Source: an uncultured bacterium (GTDB taxonomy: Bacteria; B130-G9). From it: a stretch of 37,180 nt of DNA. The stretch lies in contig CBDVDH010000004.1 in the NCBI GenBank assembly GCA_965372715.1, forward strand, positions 62,001-99,180, written 5' to 3'. Made by a program: the position numbers and the translations under genes. Shown here one piece after another: positions 25,031 to 33,482 of this stretch. The notes under the pieces are model-generated. The model saw nothing but the letters and a program-made list of their open reading frames with translations. It was not told where the DNA came from and ran no database searches. Position 1 is the stretch's first letter. Every line of letters starts with the position of its first letter.

Positions 25031-26142
25031 CAACTCGTACGCCTTATCTTTTGTCTCTTCAGGATCTCGACGAGCGGTGAAACATCTTTCTGGACAATGG
25101 GCAGGTCAACGACGATATTCCCCAACCTCTCTGATTCGTAGATGCCCCAGATTATATGCAAAGCCTCTCTTGCGTCTTGGCCGCTCGACCGGTTCCGCTT
25201 CTTGCCGGCGATGACCGCCACCATATCCTCAGCCATCGAAAGGTACGAGCTCCTATAAGACTTAGGGAGCGGGAACTGTTGAGGCGCGAGTTCACGAAAA
25301 CCATCAAAGCTCGGGGACTCTGCTCCTATCCAAAGGTCGTTAATGCCGTTACCGACAGCTATCTTGCCGTTTGTGCCCCAAAACTCCAGCGCAAAGTGGA
25401 AGTAGCCTCTTCTGCCGCCAACCTCAACGCTGGCCAATATCCCACTTTCAAGCAACAGCGTCGCCGTGGCAGAATCCTCGATAGGAAGTGTTGTGTTGCG
25501 CTGAACAAAACCCACGATCGATGTGACCTCGTCAGCGAAGTAGCGTATGAGATCGAAGAGGTGCGTCCCATCGTGAAGCAGCGGACCGCCGCCCACTAGT
25601 GACAGGTCGCTCTTCCAGCTCTTTTCGTCCGGGACGCCACAGAGCATTTCACCCCTTATGCTCCTCAAAGCGCCGATGACGCCATCTTCAACGAGCTGTT
25701 TGGCGGCAAGAAACCGCTGGTCCCAGCGCCGCTCGTGGTTTACCATCAACACCACACCGTTGTTTTCACATTCGCCTATCATCTCGTCCGCGTCAGCAAG
25801 GGAAAGCGCTATGGGCTTCTCGCAGAGTATCCCCTTGAGGCCGGAGTTGGCCGCCTCGATGACTATGTCCTTGTGCGTGCTTGTCCAGGATGCGACCGAT
25901 ACTATGTCTGGCTTCTCCTTGGCCAGGAGCTCTCGATAATCGAGATAAAGACGATTGACGCCCCAGTCAGCCCTGAACTGCGCGAGCCGATCGGGGTCTA
26001 TGTCGCAGGCACAGACCACCTCGGTGGCGTTGCATCCGGCAAATGCGCCGGCGTGCGTGCAAGGCTTTCGCCTGTAGGGGTCCCACCGAAGGAGAGACCC
26101 AATCCGTCCGCAGCCGATAATTCCTACTCTGAGCTTGCGCAT
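25030..26142 (-). CDS. Gfo/Idh/MocA family NAD(P)-dependent oxidoreductase
   Basis: VGIIGCGRIG Rossmann motif, LCEKPIA, NHERRW and GGGPLLHDGTHLFD. Confidence 0.93.
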   Translation of the reverse strand: MRKLRVGIIGCGRIGSLLRWDPYRRKPCTHAGAFAGCNATEVVCACDIDPDRLAQFRADWGVNRLYLDYRELLAKEKPDIVSVASWTSTHKDIVIEAANSGLKGILCEKPIALSLADADEMIGECENNGVVLMVNHERRWDQRFLAAKQLVEDGVIGALRSIRGEMLCGVPDEKSWKSDLSLVGGGPLLHDGTHLFDLIRYFADEVTSIVGFVQRNTTLPIEDSATATLLLESGILASVEVGGRRGYFHFALEFWGTNGKIAVGNGINDLWIGAESPSFDGFRELAPQQFPLPKSYRSSYLSMAEDMVAVIAGKKRNRSSGQDAREALHIIWGIYESERLGNIVVDLPIVQKDVSPLVEILKRQKIRRTS

Positions 26143-26182
26143 ACTTTCCTATTCGATGTCGAGCATCGTTGTCTTGACGGCC

Positions 26183-26692
26183 TCAGTTACCGGGATCGAA
26201 ATCGGTCACGCGATAGAGCATCCAGACTGCCTTCGCCTCGGAGGGCGCATCTCCCGGGCGGCGTTTGCTCAGGTGCAGCGTGGCTCTCGCCGCCTTGAGT
26301 GGCTTGCCTAGAATAAATCCCCTCTGACCCACGAACCGATCCATCCGCCCCACGTATTCGCCGAGAAGCCTGAAGCGCAATAAGACCGTCGCCTCGTCGC
26401 CCTTAATCTCGATCTGGAGCTCCGAGACGTTCACCTCCAGGCTGTCCGCCTGAGCGAAGATGCCCTGAGCAATCGAGGCGAGGCGCCCCTTATTCACTTC
26501 CTTCGGTTGATACGTGAAGTCGTCGCTCACGAACGCCATGCAGCCGGCAAGGTCCTCGTTGGCTACCAATTGGCATACCTGCTCGACGAGGGCCTCGATG
26601 CGCTCCTCATCGGTCACGATCAGCTCGGAAACGCCTAAGTATATCGCCACGGCGCCCAGAACTGCGGCCAAGACAATCAGAAATAGCTTCAT
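26183..26692 (-). CDS. Membrane-anchored NTF2-like (SnoaL/DUF4440-type) protein
   Basis: N-terminal hydrophobic anchor, then TDEERIEALV...DLAGCMAFVSDDF...IEIKGDEATV, a typical NTF2-fold pattern. Confidence 0.6.
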   Translation of the reverse strand: MKLFLIVLAAVLGAVAIYLGVSELIVTDEERIEALVEQVCQLVANEDLAGCMAFVSDDFTYQPKEVNKGRLASIAQGIFAQADSLEVNVSELQIEIKGDEATVLLRFRLLGEYVGRMDRFVGQRGFILGKPLKAARATLHLSKRRPGDAPSEAKAVWMLYRVTDFDPGN

Positions 26693-28882
26693 CTACTCAT
26701 CCACCCACCAGCCTGAAATCTCCTCAAGCCGCCTCTTGACCTCAATCTCGGCTGAGAGCAATGACTGCGCCTCGGAAAAGACTTTCTCATCCACCTCGAG
26801 TTCTTCGCATTTCTTGAGGGTCTTGCTGGCCTCATCGGATTTGCCCTGCTGAAGCTTGAGATCGGCCAGCAGGCAGCAGACTTGGTACAAAAGAGGGGAC
26901 TTCTCGCATCCCTGAATCACGTGCTCGAGAATCGCTCCGGCGTCATCCTTTTGACCCAGCGCTGCGCAGCATTTGGCTTTCTCCAATTGGGCCCCTATTG
27001 CGAGGTAGGACGCACAATCGAGCGCCTTGAGCTCATATCGGGGCTCACCAGATACTTCCGCAGAATCAGCGACCGCGGGACGCATAAGCCTCCGGTGCTG
27101 AAGATTGAGCTGAATGTATCGGTCGAAAGCCTCCCGCGCGCGAGTGTACTGCTTTTGAGCAAAGAGCGCAAGGCCGGCCCGAAAATCAAGACACAACAGG
27201 AATCTCGTCTTCGAGTAATCAGGCGGCAGCTGCCGGTAGTGTACCAGCGCCTCCTCGGCCTTTTCTTGCCTGAACAGAAGGTCAACTAGACGACACCTAG
27301 CAGTAAAAGATACCTCATCTGCCTTGCCGAAAGCCACTTTCTCGAGCTCAGATACCGCCTTTTCACCAGACCCCGCGAAGTAGGATTGAAGCGCCAGCAG
27401 GAGCCTTATCCTTCGCCGATCATCGGGGCTTAGATACTTCTCCTCGGTCGCCTGGAGTAACGAGGCGCTGCGCCCGTAACCCATAAGGCCGAAGTAAATC
27501 TGGCCGGCCAGGAACCTGGCCCGAGAAAGCGACGAACGTTTTCTTATCTCGCCCTGCCGTTCCTCAAACGCAATCGCCGCATCGAAATACTCCTCCTCAT
27601 CAAGATACAACTTAAGAAGGCCCAGTATCGCGTCGTCCCTGACATCAAGCACCTCGTTTATGAACCTATTGTCCTCGTAGTTCGCAAAGAACCAGTCCAC
27701 ATACTCAAGTGAGGTCCCGAAGTCGCCCTCCCCAAGAAAGTGCTTCGACAAACGAAGTGAGGCGATCATCGCCTGATCGGTGTAGGGCGATTCAACGACT
27801 ATCTGCTTATACAGGGACACGAAGCCCTCCTCCGTGAGCTTCTTGCCGGTATTCTGTTCGAGGGTGGCTAACCGCAACAACGCCTCGACCCTCGTCTTCA
27901 GCTTATTGGACTTTGAGACCACGTCCAGGACAGCCGCTGCGCCCTTCAGGTCATCGAGAGCCGTGAGATTGGCGGAAAGAGCGAGCATCGCCTCGTCATA
28001 CCGCGAGTCCCCCGGAAAGATATTTACGAGACGATGCAGCTGTTCAACGGCCTGCTTGTGCTCACCGAGAGCGCTGTAGGCCTTGCCGCGATTGAAAAGC
28101 ACGTCGGCGTCCATCAGGCATCGCTGGCGATTGCGCTTGCAGGCAAGCAGATACCACTTGACGGCCAGGCCATGCTTCTCAAGGAGCTCGCTGATCCTTG
28201 CAATCCTGAACGTCGAATCCTCAACTCTGTTTGCAGGACGCCGATAGTACTCTATCACCTTGTAGTATCTCTTCTGCGCCTCGAGATACTTCTGTGCCAT
28301 TTCCAGAATCAGACCGAGGTGATACTCCGATTCAGGAGCAAAGGGGCTGTTCGGGAAGCGCGTCAAGAGGGCCGCGAACCTCGGCTCTGCCTCGAAATAG
28401 TCGCCCGACTCAAACAGGGCAAGCCCCCACAAGAAGGAAACCTCCTCCATGAGCGGCGACTTTTCAAAGGACTTCTCAAAGCTCTTGAACTTCTCGATCG
28501 CATCATGCCGAAGCTCCTCAGATTCAATCGCTCTGGCCGCAGTCAAGCATGCCTTTCCCGTAAGCAGCGTCGCCTCGGGCCAGAGGCGCTTGGCCTCCTT
28601 GTCCGTCAGCACCGTCTCAAAAAGGTCCGCCGCCTCGAGATACAGACCATTTGCCAGAAACCTCTTGCCCTCTGCCATGAAAGAGTCCGCATCGCTCAAG
28701 GCGCCTTCGCTTTGGCCCGCCGCGACCGACGATAAACTGGCTTCTGTGTCACTTTGTTTGGCGTCATCGTTTTGAGCGAGAACTGCGAAATCGCAGTAAC
28801 AAAGGACTGCCACAAGTAGAGCTAACGAGAGCACGAGCTTCGCGCTGGCCGCGCGCAAGAGCAGCTCAGATAACATATTCAT
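26693..28882 (-). CDS. Exported tetratricopeptide-repeat protein
   Basis: 729 aa with a signal-peptide-like N-terminus and repeated TPR helices of the BamD/CpoB type (LLTRFPNSPFAPESEYHLG, LVNIFPGDSRYDEAML). Confidence 0.8.
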   Translation of the reverse strand: MNMLSELLLRAASAKLVLSLALLVAVLCYCDFAVLAQNDDAKQSDTEASLSSVAAGQSEGALSDADSFMAEGKRFLANGLYLEAADLFETVLTDKEAKRLWPEATLLTGKACLTAARAIESEELRHDAIEKFKSFEKSFEKSPLMEEVSFLWGLALFESGDYFEAEPRFAALLTRFPNSPFAPESEYHLGLILEMAQKYLEAQKRYYKVIEYYRRPANRVEDSTFRIARISELLEKHGLAVKWYLLACKRNRQRCLMDADVLFNRGKAYSALGEHKQAVEQLHRLVNIFPGDSRYDEAMLALSANLTALDDLKGAAAVLDVVSKSNKLKTRVEALLRLATLEQNTGKKLTEEGFVSLYKQIVVESPYTDQAMIASLRLSKHFLGEGDFGTSLEYVDWFFANYEDNRFINEVLDVRDDAILGLLKLYLDEEEYFDAAIAFEERQGEIRKRSSLSRARFLAGQIYFGLMGYGRSASLLQATEEKYLSPDDRRRIRLLLALQSYFAGSGEKAVSELEKVAFGKADEVSFTARCRLVDLLFRQEKAEEALVHYRQLPPDYSKTRFLLCLDFRAGLALFAQKQYTRAREAFDRYIQLNLQHRRLMRPAVADSAEVSGEPRYELKALDCASYLAIGAQLEKAKCCAALGQKDDAGAILEHVIQGCEKSPLLYQVCCLLADLKLQQGKSDEASKTLKKCEELEVDEKVFSEAQSLLSAEIEVKRRLEEISGWWVDE

Positions 28883-28894
28883 CGCGCACAGTCG

Positions 28895-29191
28895 TCATTC
28901 TGCGTTTTCCGGAGCTCCCCGGGCAGGGCCGATGACCGACCGCGACTCCTGCGAGAGCACACCGGTCAGCCGTTCGCTAGAAAGCCGAGCAAACTCCTCC
29001 GTAACGCCGCGCGCAGACTGAAACGGCAACACCGCAATCGTAGCCCGGGAAGCAGCTGCAAAGGGCACATCACGGCACAAGTAGGTGCGCTCGCAGAACA
29101 AGTCCAGTGTCGGAACGCAGCCGACCAAGCGGCTCGGCGCCAAGATTAGGAGGCCCATAAAAGAGGCTCTAGCTTGGTTCGCCCTTGCCAT
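28895..29191 (-). CDS. Small putative lipoprotein, possibly truncated (TIAVLPF motif)
   Basis: ATG 29191 after AAGAGGG. Lipobox-like LVGC. TIAVLPF followed by a helix resembles the start of CsgG/TolB-N/DUF799-type folds, but the protein is only 98 aa. Confidence 0.4.
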   Translation of the reverse strand: MARANQARASFMGLLILAPSRLVGCVPTLDLFCERTYLCRDVPFAAASRATIAVLPFQSARGVTEEFARLSSERLTGVLSQESRSVIGPARGAPENAE

Positions 29192-30398
29192 TGTTTCCCT
29201 CTTTCTTGGGCCGTCTGAGGCCTCTGTGCTTCTCAATCTCCTGGACAAACGTGTCCCATTCGCGACACTGCGGACACCGCCAGTGTATCTGAGTGTCCTT
29301 GAACCCGCACTTGCCGCAGAAATAGTAGATGGATTGCAGCTCGGGCAGAGCGCTCATCCTCTGGAGCACCCTCAATGCCTCGTCCGGCCTGCCCTCCTTG
29401 AGATAGACCTGCGATAGCTTCTGATACCCAACGGTCGAGGTACAAGAGAGCTCCAGTATCTTCTCGTATTCCTCCTTAGCCTTGTCAAGCTGCCCCGTGT
29501 CGAAGTAGTAATCGCCAAGCGACAGACGTGTATTGATGTCGTCAGGGTTCTCGGCCAGAACCTTCTCATAAACACCCTTTATGTTCCTAACAGAATCCTG
29601 TTTGAGATAGACCTGCCGCAGCCGGTCGAATAGAAGAAACGCCAGGTGCGGAAACTTGCCGACCGCCTCTTCCCAGACGTGCTCGGCCTTCTTGAAATCA
29701 CCCTGGGCAAGATAGACATCGCCCAAATACATCGGCACCGAAACGCACGTCGGGTCCGTCTGCTTGGCCTTCTGCAAAAGCGAAATCGCCTCCTTGGGCC
29801 GTTTGTTTTTCATCGCATCTGAGCGCGCCATCTCGGTCAGAAGGTAAGCAAGCAGCCTGGAGCTCTTTTTTTTGGTTCTCTTGTCCAGCTCAATCTGGCA
29901 CTCGTAGGCCGCCTGCCAGTCCCTCATCTCCTCGTGAATGCGCTCCAGGCTCTCGTAGCTCTGCGTGTGGTCCGGGTCCTCTTTGATCGCCTTGTTGAAT
30001 GCCGCCGACGCCCTGTCCAGAAGCCCGCCGCGAACGTAATCCAGGCCCAGGCTGTAAAGCGCACGAACTCGCGACTCGCAAGGCAGATTAGGCCGTATGG
30101 AAACGCTCTCGTGGATACGGATGGCCCGGTCTATGTTCCCCTGCTCGCGATGCAGATTGCCCAGGCTTATGTAGGCCGCGACGTCGTCCGTATTCTTGAG
30201 CGTCGCGTCCGTAAGCTCCTTGATGGCCTTGTCTCGCTGATCATAGATAAGAAAATCCAGACCTCTTAGATACGAAGCCTCAGGGGATGGCTCCGAAGCA
30301 GCACGCCTGCGACGCCGCCAGAGCAGATAAAGGACCACCGCCAGGACTAGGATTATCGGTAATACAATGAAGCAGAACACATCCCATACAGAACTCAT
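29169..30398 (-). CDS. lapB: Lipopolysaccharide assembly protein B
   Basis: N-terminal TM, YLRGLDFLI...DKAI, SLGNLHREQGNIDRAIRIH, LGLDYVRGGLLDRA, TPRs, and C-terminal rubredoxin YFCGKCGF...WRCPQCREW. Confidence 0.92.
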   Translation of the reverse strand: MSSVWDVFCFIVLPIILVLAVVLYLLWRRRRRAASEPSPEASYLRGLDFLIYDQRDKAIKELTDATLKNTDDVAAYISLGNLHREQGNIDRAIRIHESVSIRPNLPCESRVRALYSLGLDYVRGGLLDRASAAFNKAIKEDPDHTQSYESLERIHEEMRDWQAAYECQIELDKRTKKKSSRLLAYLLTEMARSDAMKNKRPKEAISLLQKAKQTDPTCVSVPMYLGDVYLAQGDFKKAEHVWEEAVGKFPHLAFLLFDRLRQVYLKQDSVRNIKGVYEKVLAENPDDINTRLSLGDYYFDTGQLDKAKEEYEKILELSCTSTVGYQKLSQVYLKEGRPDEALRVLQRMSALPELQSIYYFCGKCGFKDTQIHWRCPQCREWDTFVQEIEKHRGLRRPKKEGNNGKGEPS

Positions 30399-30417
30399 TC
30401 GCCAAAACTCCCAATCT

Positions 30418-30509
30418 GGAAGGCTGAAACATGAATTATGAAGGATGAACCATCCATTAGAGCGCTCTTCGCTTTCTCATCCTTCATCCTTCCGCCTTCA
30501 CCCTTCATT
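30418..30509. repeat. Inverted arrays of heptamer tandem repeats (ATGAAGG-like / CCTTCAT-like)
   Basis: Left arm GGAAGGC TGAAACA TGAATTA TGAAGGA TGAA; right arm TCATCCT TCATCCT TCCGCCT TCACCCT TCAT. Confidence 0.75.
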
Positions 30510-30511
30510 CT

Positions 30512-31048
30512 CTATTGCATCGAGCGATAGCGCTCGACAACGGCTTCCCACTTATTCTGTGCCTTCAGTATCATCTCGCACACCTCGCGGACCGCACCAT
30601 CTCCGCCACGATTCGAGGTAACATAATCCGCCGCCTCCTTGACCTCAAAAACAGCGTCGGCCACGGCGACCGAGACCCCAACTCGCTCCATAATCGGCAG
30701 GTCCAGAAGGTCGTCGCCAACGTAAAGCGCCTCCTCAGGCAACAGGTCATGGGTTCGAAGGATATCATTCAAAACAGCAACCTTATTCTTCACATTCCGG
30801 TGCACAATCGTTACCTGAAGGTCACGCGCACGATGCGAAACCGCGTTGTTGTCCTTCCCAGTAATAATTCCTGTCAAAAGCCCAGCACGTCTCAGATAAG
30901 TTATCCCACTGCCGTCCCTAACATCGAACGGCAGAAGTACCTCGCCGCTGTTGCCAAAATAGAGCTTGCCATTCGTAAGCACGCCGTCAACGTCCAGCAG
31001 AAGTATCTTGATTCTGGCCATCTTCTCGTTCAACCAGTCAGGAATCAT
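30512..31048 (-). CDS. kdsC: 3-deoxy-D-manno-octulosonate 8-phosphate phosphatase (HAD family)
   Basis: LLLDVDGVLTNG, FDVRDGSGI, GIITG, YVGDDLLD and GGDGAVREVCEMILKAQ. Start placed at ATG 31048. Confidence 0.95.
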   Translation of the reverse strand: MIPDWLNEKMARIKILLLDVDGVLTNGKLYFGNSGEVLLPFDVRDGSGITYLRRAGLLTGIITGKDNNAVSHRARDLQVTIVHRNVKNKVAVLNDILRTHDLLPEEALYVGDDLLDLPIMERVGVSVAVADAVFEVKEAADYVTSNRGGDGAVREVCEMILKAQNKWEAVVERYRSMQ

Positions 31049-31113
31049 ACGCCGCCTCAATCACTAGAGAACAGGTAACGTTCAAATACCAGCACGCAAA
31101 ACCAACAGCATCC

Positions 31114-31142
31114 ATGATACGGGGCTGCTCTGGCGGTGTCAA
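31114..31142 (-). promoter_or_regulatory. sigma70 promoter for the kdsC-lapB run
   Basis: TTGACA (31142-31137), 17-nt spacer, TATCAT (31119-31114). Confidence 0.7.
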
Positions 31143-31214
31143 ACACGGTGGCGGGAGTTGCGGTGGTGTCTCGTTGCGGCAAGGCTCGTCTCCCCTCGAT
31201 GGTAATTGGCTGGT

Positions 31215-31241
31215 GTAGGGGCAGGCCACCGCGCCTGCCCT
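31215..31241 (+). repeat. GTAG-type REP-like palindrome (variant)
   Basis: GTAG-GGGCAGGC-CACCGC-GCCTGCCC-T, followed at about 31261 by a degenerate partner starting AGGGCAACC. Confidence 0.7.
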
Positions 31242-31286
31242 ATCTCAATTGATCGTACACAGGGCAACCGTGCGCCACAGCGCTGC

Positions 31287-33011
31287 CTAGTTGCTGATGC
31301 TAAACCAGAGCTCTGAGATGGGCGAGATGATCTCGAAAGTCCCGCGCTTGGTGAAGGCGGCAAGCCCCTTGAAATCGCCCAGAGGGATCGCTGCTGCTGG
31401 GATAACCAGAACCGCTATCGTCTCATCGTGGCCGGCGCTGAGGCTATATGGCACGGGATCGAAGTCCGTTGTCCAGTTGGGATAGGAATAGAACGTGGGC
31501 GAACCGTCGATGAAGATGACGATGTGCAGGTCAACATCTATCGCCTGATGCTGGTCGTTGGTCAGGTCGGCCATGATGTTGATGATCTCGTCGGTCTCAT
31601 AGATCTGCTCAAGGCTTCTCAATATGACCAGTGGAGCATTCATAAGGCCCGCCTGGCCGCCATAAGCGCCGCCGTATATCCCTAGATCGTTTCTCGTTCC
31701 GTCAGGATCGTTGAACGTCGGGTCAGGATCGCCAGCATTTATACAAGGCGAATTCGTGGGCCAACCGGCGGCAAAAGTCTTCAGCGCAACATCACTGACG
31801 AAGAAGGTGTCGCCAGGCTGCGTGTAGTCCTCGCTCTCTCCCGGAACATACTGATCCAGCCTCCCGCGCCAGATGAGGGTTTTGTAGGTGCCGTCATCTG
31901 GCTCAACGTCCACCGTCACCTCAACCGTGATCGAGGTCCTTGTGTTCGAGATGACTTTGTAGGTCCTATCCTGGCCGCTGTATATGTAATACACCTTCTC
32001 CATATTGGGAATCAGGTCCAGCCCTGTCAGGGAATCCGCTTCCCAATGTGCGTCCGTGCAAACAAGCGTGTCGTCGTCCACGCCCGTTATGGACGAAACT
32101 ATGCCGACGCCGACGAGCAATGGATCACTCAGGACATCCGTTGCGCTAGCCACGACGCCGTCATAGTCGGACTCGCGATTAGATGCAACGCAGTTGTAAG
32201 ACATGACGGGACTGGCATTCTGGCAGAAGAGGCCAGTTCCATTCTGGTTTAGGATGTTGTTCGATAGAACGGGTGAGGAGTCGAAAACACTCACGCCACG
32301 ACAGAAATGTCCAGCGAGTGTGTTGTTACTCACTAAGCAGTTTGAGCCCCTAGTCATGACGATGCCGTCGTAGAGACTGTTGATGACCTTGTTGTTTAGG
32401 ATGTAGCCGTTTGAGCCGATAGTGTAAATGCCGTGCTCGAAATCCGCTATTCTGTTATTGTGAACAAGCGGCGAGGTGTTCTCCGCCCACAGGCCAACAT
32501 ATCTGCCAGTCATTTTGTTGTTGTGGATGATTGGCGTCCCAGAGCCCTTCGCCATGACGCACATATACACCGCCTCGATTGTGTTATTGAATATCTGCGG
32601 CGAGGCGTCCTGCGACCTGATACCCACGTATCTGCTCTGGATGTAATTGTTCTCGATGATAACGTCTGCGCTGTTGCAGTCGATGCCGATGATGCCCTCC
32701 TCAATCGAGAGACCGCATATCCTGCATCCAGGGGCCGCCTGAATGGCCACCGCGTCCGCCTCAGCGTCGATAACGGTCCGTGTTCTCCCGCTGCCGAGGA
32801 GCGTAACGCCCTCAGTCAGAACCAGCGCCTCCTCAAAAGTCCCCGTGCCAATTGAGACAACGTCGCCGGGTAACGCATCGTCGATCGCGGCCTGAATCGT
32901 GCGGTATTCCGATGGCACGAATAGCACTTCGGCCGAAATCGTTGGCACGAAGCAGCAAAGCGAAGTAATCTGAGCAACGATAAGCAAACCAAGAACATTA
33001 CGACAATTCAT
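31287..33011 (-). CDS. Secreted right-handed parallel beta-helix (pectin lyase-like/NosD-type) protein
   Basis: Signal peptide, VPSEYRTIQAAID, Asn-ladder repeats (IENNYI, IFNNTI, IHNNKM, VHNNRI, ILNNKV), SPCINAGDP...DPDGTRNDLGIYGG, and a C-terminal beta domain. Confidence 0.88.
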   Translation of the reverse strand: MNCRNVLGLLIVAQITSLCCFVPTISAEVLFVPSEYRTIQAAIDDALPGDVVSIGTGTFEEALVLTEGVTLLGSGRTRTVIDAEADAVAIQAAPGCRICGLSIEEGIIGIDCNSADVIIENNYIQSRYVGIRSQDASPQIFNNTIEAVYMCVMAKGSGTPIIHNNKMTGRYVGLWAENTSPLVHNNRIADFEHGIYTIGSNGYILNNKVINSLYDGIVMTRGSNCLVSNNTLAGHFCRGVSVFDSSPVLSNNILNQNGTGLFCQNASPVMSYNCVASNRESDYDGVVASATDVLSDPLLVGVGIVSSITGVDDDTLVCTDAHWEADSLTGLDLIPNMEKVYYIYSGQDRTYKVISNTRTSITVEVTVDVEPDDGTYKTLIWRGRLDQYVPGESEDYTQPGDTFFVSDVALKTFAAGWPTNSPCINAGDPDPTFNDPDGTRNDLGIYGGAYGGQAGLMNAPLVILRSLEQIYETDEIINIMADLTNDQHQAIDVDLHIVIFIDGSPTFYSYPNWTTDFDPVPYSLSAGHDETIAVLVIPAAAIPLGDFKGLAAFTKRGTFEIISPISELWFSISN

Positions 33012-33482
33012 GGGTCTCCTCCCAAAGAACAGACAGCTTTATCACACAATGGACGTAATCCGCGCCCTGCAAGGGCGCATCCACAGCAGCAAGATAGCAA
33101 ATCAACTACGTGCATACAAGTTCTTGAACCGCTGGACCATCTGTCTGCACAGAATTGTCGCTAGAGCCTACGTCCGCTGGCTTTTCCATGTAGTTCTCTG
33201 GCTGTGTCCGCTGAATCTGACGACTACATCGATACAGGTGTTTGGCGGTTTCAGTTCGCCCATCTCCGATTAGCCGGTTGCAAGTCACTGGATTATCCGT
33301 AGATTGTATCCCAAGGGCATGATGTTTGACTAGGTCTGGCGGCAATGCTGATGCTTAGAGCGCAGAGGAGCCCGGCTTCTTCTCGTGATACCGAGGCTGT
33401 GTCCCTGCGGCTTTTCTGGTTGATGCCGCGCTCGCCGGGTGCGACAGTTGCTATGCTCAGACTGTAACAGGAACGATGCGAA

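Noticed and set aside
33012-33482. Small ORFs or a riboswitch in the 470-nt divergent intergenic region (hairpin GCGCCCT-GCA-AGGGCGC at about 33062)
   Set aside because: The ORFs lack RBS or recognisable motifs, and a single hairpin does not match any riboswitch I can identify.
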